Source: Spirochaetia bacterium (GTDB taxonomy: Bacteria; Spirochaetota; Spirochaetia; CAKZLE01). From it: a DNA stretch of 64,000 bases. The stretch is taken from positions 2,880,001 to 2,944,000 of the forward strand of contig OY782041.1 in assembly GCA_963677595.1 (NCBI GenBank). Reading direction: 5' to 3'. Numbering within the stretch: the first letter of the stretch is position 1; each line of letters opens with the position of its first letter. A program made the position numbers and the translations under genes. Shown one piece after another: positions 58,158 through 64,000 of the stretch. Below the pieces are notes generated by a model. It saw nothing but the letters and a program-made list of their open reading frames with translations, did no database searches and was not told the DNA's origin.

Positions 58158-59668
58158 GGATCAATCACTTTTTCTGTGGGATGAAGTTATGGAGTATCAA
58201 AGAATAGGAGAAGAGGAAAAAGAGTCTGCTGCGATTGCATAAGAAGGGGCCATCCCTGTATTGTTAGGTTACGACACAAAACAAACAGGAAGACAGCCCC
58301 GCATGCAATATATCACGTTACCTTCAGGATTGATAGGCTTCACCAATGACAAGACGGAAATTGTAAAGACCACGACGAACAGAGAGATGTATCTGCTGTA
58401 TGGTCAACTGGAAAGCAATAGTGATCAATGTCATTGTCCCAAATGCGGGAATACCATGCACATCCATAACCGTTATGAAGTCACTCTCAGACACCTCTGC
58501 TTCGGGCATCGAATGAGCTGTCTACGGTTCACCAAGCTCAGATACCTGTGCCCATCATGCCGAAGGACGCAGATGCAGGAGGTACCGTTTCAGGCCCAGG
58601 GGCACCGCATCAGCGAGGAATTGTTGACCTATACGAGGGACCTGCTTGCCTATGGCCTTACGAACAAGGAAGTGGCATACCTGACTGGTTTTGGGAAGAA
58701 CACTGTCAAGGATATTGACCTGCAGCGACTTAAGGAACGGTACACCATCGACGGGAAGCGCCTGATCAAACCAGAGAAGCAAGCCAGGATCCTGGGTATC
58801 GATGAGTTCCTGCTACATAAGGGACATAAGTATGCGGTGGTGATCATCGACATGGAAAGCGGGCACATCCTGTGGTTGGCGCATGGGAAGAAGAAGGCCT
58901 CGGTGCATGCCTTCATCGACCATGTCGGTGAGGATTGGATGGATGGCGTCGAAGCTGTCGCCTGCGACATGAACAGCGATTTTCAGGAGGTGTTCGAGGA
59001 GCGCTGTGCCCACATACAGCCTGTTTTCGACCACTTTCATATCGTCCGCAACTTCAATGACAAGGTCGTGGGGCAGATACGCAAGGATGAACAGAAGAGG
59101 CTGATTGCCGAGGGGGACCTCGAGGGAGCCAAGTCGCTTAAGGGGTGTAAGTACATCCTCGCCTCTTCGAAGCAAACCCTTGCGAGAAAAGATGAAGATG
59201 CCGGATCGGTCATCAACAAAGGCTCCTCCCTATTCAGCAGGGAACACTATGTCCTCAAAGGTGGACATCTGGACAAATATGAGGAGTTACTCAGACAGAA
59301 TAAGCTCTTGTTTACCTTAGATTTGATCAAGGAGAAGCTCAGCGGGGCTTACAAAATGACCGATGAACCATCCATGGCCAATGCTATCTCGGAAATCATG
59401 GATATGTGCTGGGACTCCAAGAACACCCACCTGCGATGGTTTAGAAGATTACTTGACAACCACTTCGAAGGCATCATCGCACATGCGACCTTTGCCATCT
59501 CTTCCGGAAAGATTGAAGGTATCAATAACCGTACCAAGACCCTGCGAAGGCAAGGATATGGGTATGCTGATGATGATTATTTCTTCCTCAAGCTCTTTGA
59601 TGCTAGTAGGAGGACCTACATCAGGAACTCTATCGCTGCTAGAATCCCACAAGATTTATGATTGAGCC
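58158..59668 (+). mobile_element. ISL3-family insertion sequence
   Basis: 25-bp imperfect IRs GGATCAATCA..TGTGGGAT / ATCCCACA..TGATTGAGCC; flanks do not form a TSD. Confidence 0.85.
58303..59661 (+). CDS. ISL3 transposase
   Basis: CPKCG and CPSC zinc finger, LGIDEF, VACDM, FDHFH, IEGINNRTK..RQGYGY. Confidence 0.93.
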   Translation: MQYITLPSGLIGFTNDKTEIVKTTTNREMYLLYGQLESNSDQCHCPKCGNTMHIHNRYEVTLRHLCFGHRMSCLRFTKLRYLCPSCRRTQMQEVPFQAQGHRISEELLTYTRDLLAYGLTNKEVAYLTGFGKNTVKDIDLQRLKERYTIDGKRLIKPEKQARILGIDEFLLHKGHKYAVVIIDMESGHILWLAHGKKKASVHAFIDHVGEDWMDGVEAVACDMNSDFQEVFEERCAHIQPVFDHFHIVRNFNDKVVGQIRKDEQKRLIAEGDLEGAKSLKGCKYILASSKQTLARKDEDAGSVINKGSSLFSREHYVLKGGHLDKYEELLRQNKLLFTLDLIKEKLSGAYKMTDEPSMANAISEIMDMCWDSKNTHLRWFRRLLDNHFEGIIAHATFAISSGKIEGINNRTKTLRRQGYGYADDDYFFLKLFDASRRTYIRNSIAARIPQDL

Positions 59669-59985
59669 ATCAATATACAAGAAAAGATATAGATGTTAAA
59701 ATTAAAGAGGAAATTGTTCCAAGATTATTGACCTCTTTAGATATTGATTTCAAAGGCAAAACAATAGCTGGTTGTGATTTGTTTAATGGGAAATTCAACT
59801 GGATTAGATCTAAAGATGCTGTGAATGATGCTATGCTTGTAATGAATTATAATTTATATTTAAAGCTTGAATTAGGGAAAAGTAGAGACGATTGGACTGT
59901 CGATGATTGTAAAATTGCTTTAAAACTGCTACCACAAAGAACTGAAATCGTTGAAGAAGTATTGAGAGCTTATATTGAAGAGTAA
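59669..59985 (+). pseudogene. 3' remnant of an AT-rich gene cut by ISL3
   Basis: Open frame runs from the IS end to TAA 59985 with no start outside the IS; family not recognised. Confidence 0.55.
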
Positions 59986-60015
59986 ATCTTAATGAATCAG
60001 ATTAGGGGGAAGGAC

Positions 60016-60342
60016 ATGAATCAAATAGAAAAGGAAATGTATAAGCTGATATATTCACCACTTATAACCCCAAAGAACTTAGTTGAAAATATATATTTAG
60101 AGAATTATGAATCAATAAAATTCATTAAAACTAATGGGAGAATAGTTTGCGAATTACATTGCACCTTGCCCCATGGTGAAATTGCACTCTTTACATATTT
60201 TTTTGCAGACAATGATTTTCTTGAAAAAATACAAAAACAGTTACCAGGTAGAGAACCAGAAATTGTATTTGATAGAAAAGAAAAAATGGAATCTCTTTCT
60301 TCTAGATTTTACAAAAAACGAAAAACCAAACGTGCAGTTTAA
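60016..60342 (+). CDS. Hypothetical protein (AT-rich)
   Basis: GGAAGGA RBS before the second ATG; low GC. Confidence 0.55.
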   Translation: MNQIEKEMYKLIYSPLITPKNLVENIYLENYESIKFIKTNGRIVCELHCTLPHGEIALFTYFFADNDFLEKIQKQLPGREPEIVFDRKEKMESLSSRFYKKRKTKRAV

Positions 60343-60398
60343 GCTTGATTGTGGTTCCCAAAATATTCACAGCGCTGCTAATGAAAACATGGAATGAT

Positions 60399-60494
60399 AC
60401 TAGCATTTGTCCCAATCATGATAGTCAGGGGATCAATATAGAGCGTTCCTTCCTTATAACTTTTCCAGTTATTGACTACCAGCTTGGTGATCAT
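60399..60494 (-). pseudogene. 5' stub duplicate of the AAA_21 ATPase at 62486-63739
   Basis: 60399-60472 is identical to 63644-63717; own GGAGG RBS and ATG; breaks within Walker A (GTNAS|). Confidence 0.85.
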
Positions 60495-60645
60495 TGATGC
60501 CCTCCATGTTCATTACTGTGGAAATAGTATAACCTAAAAATGGTTACGGATTGAAACACAATGCCGGGAATTATTGATGCTTGCCTGGCAGTGAAAAACC
60601 TGTTTTTCTGTATCTTCTTTGCAATTTTAATGATAGACTTTAGAT

Positions 60646-61800
60646 ATGCAAACTTATATTCCAAGAATGAAAGAACCTGTGCTTCTAAAGCATCTCTCAG
60701 CCTTTCCTGCAGTAGCACTGCTCGGGGCCAGGCAGGTTGGTAAATCCACCTTAGCTAAACAGGTTATCGAGACAGTTCAGGATGCAGTCTACCTGGACCT
60801 GGAAGATCCCAGGGACTTTGCCAAGCTTCAGGAACCACTGGCATTCCTGGAAGCGAACAAACACCATATGATCTGTTTTGATGAGATCCAGCGGTATCCT
60901 GATCTCTTTCATATACTTCGTTCCCATATCGATGCACAGAAACGTCCGGGTCAGTTTCTGCTGCTGGGTTCTGCTTCACGGGACCTGATCAGGCAGGGTT
61001 CAGAGACTCTGGCAGGGAGAATTTCTTTTGTGGAGATCGGCCCATTCACCATCTCAGAGATTGAGGACTTCAATCGGCTGTGGCTGCAGGGAGGCTATCC
61101 GGTAAGTTACGGTTTGGATACGGAGTTGAGTTTTGACTGGAGGATCAACTATATCAGGACCTTCCTCGAGCGTGATATCCCGCAGCTGGGAATCACGATA
61201 CCGGCAGAGACTCTGCGCAGATTCTGGACCATGCTTGCGCATCTCAACGGGAGTATCGTGAACTACAGCAGCATCGCCGCTTCTATGGGACGTTCAGGCC
61301 CCACGATCAGGAACTATTTCGATATCCTTGAAGGGACATTCATCATAAGGAGACTGCAGCCGTATGTAACCAACACGAAAAAGCGGCTGGTCAAATCTCC
61401 CAAGCTCTATATCCGGGATACCGGCCTCACGCACTGCCTGCTCGGGATCGAGACGTTCAATGACCTGTTGGGCCATCCGGGACTTGGCAGCAGCTATGAA
61501 GCCGCCATCTTATCGAGTCTCATAGAACGGTATCCACGCTATTCGCCGAGTTTCTACCGCTCCTCCAGTGGAGCGGAAGTCGACCTGATCCTGGAAAAAG
61601 GGAAACGGCGTTTTGCTTTTGATATTACCGTCAGTTCTGCACCGAAGATCCCGCGAGGTTTCTATGAAGCCCTGAAGGTCATAGAACCTGAACAGGCGTT
61701 CGTGACCGCACCGGTAGATGCACCGTATCCTGTAGGGGACAACATTCTGGTTTGCCCGATCAGGGAGCTGCTGCATCTACTTGATAAGCTGCTGGGTTGA
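60646..61800 (+). CDS. AAA_14 ATPase with DUF4143-like C-terminus
   Basis: LGARQVGKST, FDEIQ, LLGSAS, KSPKLYIRDTG, EVDLI. Confidence 0.9.
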   Translation: MQTYIPRMKEPVLLKHLSAFPAVALLGARQVGKSTLAKQVIETVQDAVYLDLEDPRDFAKLQEPLAFLEANKHHMICFDEIQRYPDLFHILRSHIDAQKRPGQFLLLGSASRDLIRQGSETLAGRISFVEIGPFTISEIEDFNRLWLQGGYPVSYGLDTELSFDWRINYIRTFLERDIPQLGITIPAETLRRFWTMLAHLNGSIVNYSSIAASMGRSGPTIRNYFDILEGTFIIRRLQPYVTNTKKRLVKSPKLYIRDTGLTHCLLGIETFNDLLGHPGLGSSYEAAILSSLIERYPRYSPSFYRSSSGAEVDLILEKGKRRFAFDITVSSAPKIPRGFYEALKVIEPEQAFVTAPVDAPYPVGDNILVCPIRELLHLLDKLLG

Positions 61801-61901
61801 ATACGTATGTCACACAACTTGCAGCGAATCTCAAATGAGATCCAACACTTGTGTTGCTGCTGTGATATACTCAGAGAACAAAGATAAAAGAGGTAGTAGG
61901 T

Positions 61902-61949
61902 ATGAAGAATATTCTCTGTTTCGGAGATTCTAACACCTGGGGAGAATGA
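61902..61949 (+). pseudogene. 5' stub of an SGNH/GDSL hydrolase
   Basis: MKNILCFGDSNTWGE* with RBS-like AGAGG; block I motif then stop. Confidence 0.65.
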
Positions 61950-61970
61950 TCCTACCTCCTATGATACCTT

Positions 61971-62489
61971 TTATGATCTAGTTCTTCTCCTCCTTGGAAC
62001 ATCCAATTGAGGTTGTACCGGTTCATATGTCTTCAAGCCGGCATCCCCGGTCAGTATCTCTACAACACATGGTATTTTGGCATAATATTCTGCTACATCT
62101 TTGATTGTGGCATCTCCCAGGGATAGACGGCTAGCTGCCAAATCAGGCCAGGAACCTGCAAGCAAGATCATGTTTTCCTTAGACCACAACTCTGCTTGGA
62201 CTGAGAAGGCAGCCCAAGGTGATTCCTCACAAGCACTTTTCATGATCAAGTCCCCTAAATCCTTGGCACGTTCATACCTAAACTCCGGGGCTTGGGCTAT
62301 ATGGTTTCCTGTTTCGATTATTGTTGCCAAAGGGAGAACAAATGTTGTTCCCGCAGATTCTTCTTCCTGTATTTTTATTTGTAATCTTGTCTTGTCCCAC
62401 TCGTCAACTTCAGGTCCGCAACGATCCATGCCAGGGACTCCCAGCCAGACACAGAGGATGCTTGTATCAATTATGAGAACTTTCCTCAT
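61971..62489 (-). CDS. PIN-like domain protein
   Basis: IIDTSIL, PLATIIETGNH, SLGDATI, ILTGDAGL acidic tetrad; ATGA overlap with the ATPase. Confidence 0.7.
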   Translation of the reverse strand: MRKVLIIDTSILCVWLGVPGMDRCGPEVDEWDKTRLQIKIQEEESAGTTFVLPLATIIETGNHIAQAPEFRYERAKDLGDLIMKSACEESPWAAFSVQAELWSKENMILLAGSWPDLAASRLSLGDATIKDVAEYYAKIPCVVEILTGDAGLKTYEPVQPQLDVPRRRRTRS

Positions 62490-63739
62490 TGCAGAGCTCC
62501 CTTGTCCAATGATCTTTCGATTGTTCCTTCAGAAGAAAGTCTTCCCAAGGATCCTCCAGCCATCATTTTGGGAAGTTGGGCCAAGTCTTCCAATTGAAGC
62601 AGGTTACTTGTACCTGTTGATCGGTCTCTATGAATCACCGTTATAAACGGTACCATTTGTGGTCCTGCAGCATCGAGAATAGCAGGATTGTGCGTAGTTA
62701 CAATAACATCAATACCTCGTTCTTTCCCTAGGGTTCGAAGCATTGTCAGCAGCAACTTAGCCCTGGATGGATGCAGGCCGTTATCAACTTCTTCAATAAC
62801 CAGCAGGCTGTTAGGATCCCTTGTCAGCATTGCTGTCACAATAGATAGATAGCGTAATGTTCCATCAGACATCCCACGGGCATCAACAATATGCACGTTA
62901 GCTTCTGACCACCCCTCCTCACAATACAGCATCGCATCATTTTGGAATTTCCCTATGGGTTCAGTCCATACTCTTCTTATATCTTTCTCAGGGATGGTTT
63001 TCAGGTAATCTGTGAGGGTTTTCTCTACTTCCTTCTTCTTGTCAGGTTCCAAAGCTGCTAAAACTCCTGAAAGATTGGATCCATCAGAAAGGAGTTTTTC
63101 TGAGAAAGCTGTATAATCTCTCATGTGACTGGGGATAGGGTCAAAGACGAATATGTTCTGTAATTGGTTTAGAACTACTTTTATCCCTGCCTGTACTTCC
63201 TTTATCAGATTCAGCCCCTCTGATTGGGTTAATATGACATGAGAACGATTCAGGTCAATTCGTTTGCTGGGACCTCTTTTACTGGTAGCAAAATATGCAG
63301 GGATCCCGGGAGTTGAATCATTGGCTTCCTGTGTATAATACAATCTTCTTTCTTTTGATACGGTGCCTCTTGCATTATATTTAAAGGATTTCAGTTCCTC
63401 GAAGAAGACTTCGGCTTTGATGCCATTTACTTGTACAGACAGGTGGTATTCATATGTGAGGTTATCAGCCTCATTCTCGATCGTGATCGTGATGGAAAAC
63501 CTGCTCTCTGGTTTCAGGCAGATCCATTCTAATCCTCCCCGTAATGCATGCAGACTAACATCACCAGTAATCGCAGGATAGAGTCCAACGCCAGAGGAAA
63601 TTCGCTGCAAGAACAGGAAGGCATCGAGGATATTCGATTTACCACTAGCATTTGTCCCAATCATGATAGTCAGGGGATCAATATAGAGCGTTCCTTCCTT
63701 ATAACTTTTCCAGTTATGTACTACCATCTTCGTAAGCAT
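62486..63739 (-). CDS. ABC-type AAA_21 ATPase
   Basis: NWKSY, IGTNASGKSN, MSDGTLRY, IEEVDNGLHPSR, TTHNP. Confidence 0.9.
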   Translation of the reverse strand: MLTKMVVHNWKSYKEGTLYIDPLTIMIGTNASGKSNILDAFLFLQRISSGVGLYPAITGDVSLHALRGGLEWICLKPESRFSITITIENEADNLTYEYHLSVQVNGIKAEVFFEELKSFKYNARGTVSKERRLYYTQEANDSTPGIPAYFATSKRGPSKRIDLNRSHVILTQSEGLNLIKEVQAGIKVVLNQLQNIFVFDPIPSHMRDYTAFSEKLLSDGSNLSGVLAALEPDKKKEVEKTLTDYLKTIPEKDIRRVWTEPIGKFQNDAMLYCEEGWSEANVHIVDARGMSDGTLRYLSIVTAMLTRDPNSLLVIEEVDNGLHPSRAKLLLTMLRTLGKERGIDVIVTTHNPAILDAAGPQMVPFITVIHRDRSTGTSNLLQLEDLAQLPKMMAGGSLGRLSSEGTIERSLDKGALQ

Positions 63740-64000
63740 AGCCGTCCTCCAAGTGCATTGATATGGAAATAATACAAATTACAGTTACTTAATTCTATGT
63801 TAACCAGTTTGCTTTTATTGTTCTTTAAGTTCCTTTTCCGTATGCACGTTAGTATATCACACAAATGGAAGGCAATTGTGAGGTAACGTTATAAAACAGT
63901 AATCTATAGTTCCCACTCCATTTTCGTACCACACAAGATGGAGGCCCCCGATATGTGATGCTGGAACCCAATTTCGGTTCAGTATCCCTTATCTCCTTTT

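Overview
Bacterial chromosomal window, probably from a free-living spirochaete (Spirochaetales-like lipoproteins, GC-rich backbone with AT-rich inserts; the taxon is inferred). Positions ~1-11850 form a genomic island integrated into the 5' end of ssb. It is bounded by a 19-bp direct repeat and carries two tandem large serine recombinase genes, a 1526-aa repeat-rich surface lipoprotein, an IS256 remnant and a nested four-gene DDE/ExeA-ATPase transposon. The backbone that follows holds ssb, trxA, glmS, an APC-EIIA permease, xth, redox proteins and a PAS-GGDEF cyclase. It is interspersed with an IS1634 element splitting an aldo/keto reductase, many toxin-antitoxin genes and remnants, and two sugar ABC loci: one with a URO-D-family enzyme and a frameshifted rhamnose mutarotase, one divergent from four tandem SnoaL/NTF2-like genes. 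Further right are a direct-repeat-flanked FG-GAP adhesin cassette, an ISL3 in an AT-rich remnant, and two ABC-ATPase plus nuclease-like pairs. No rRNA, tRNA or CRISPR array was recognised. Family assignments come from motif recognition by eye, not from database searches.
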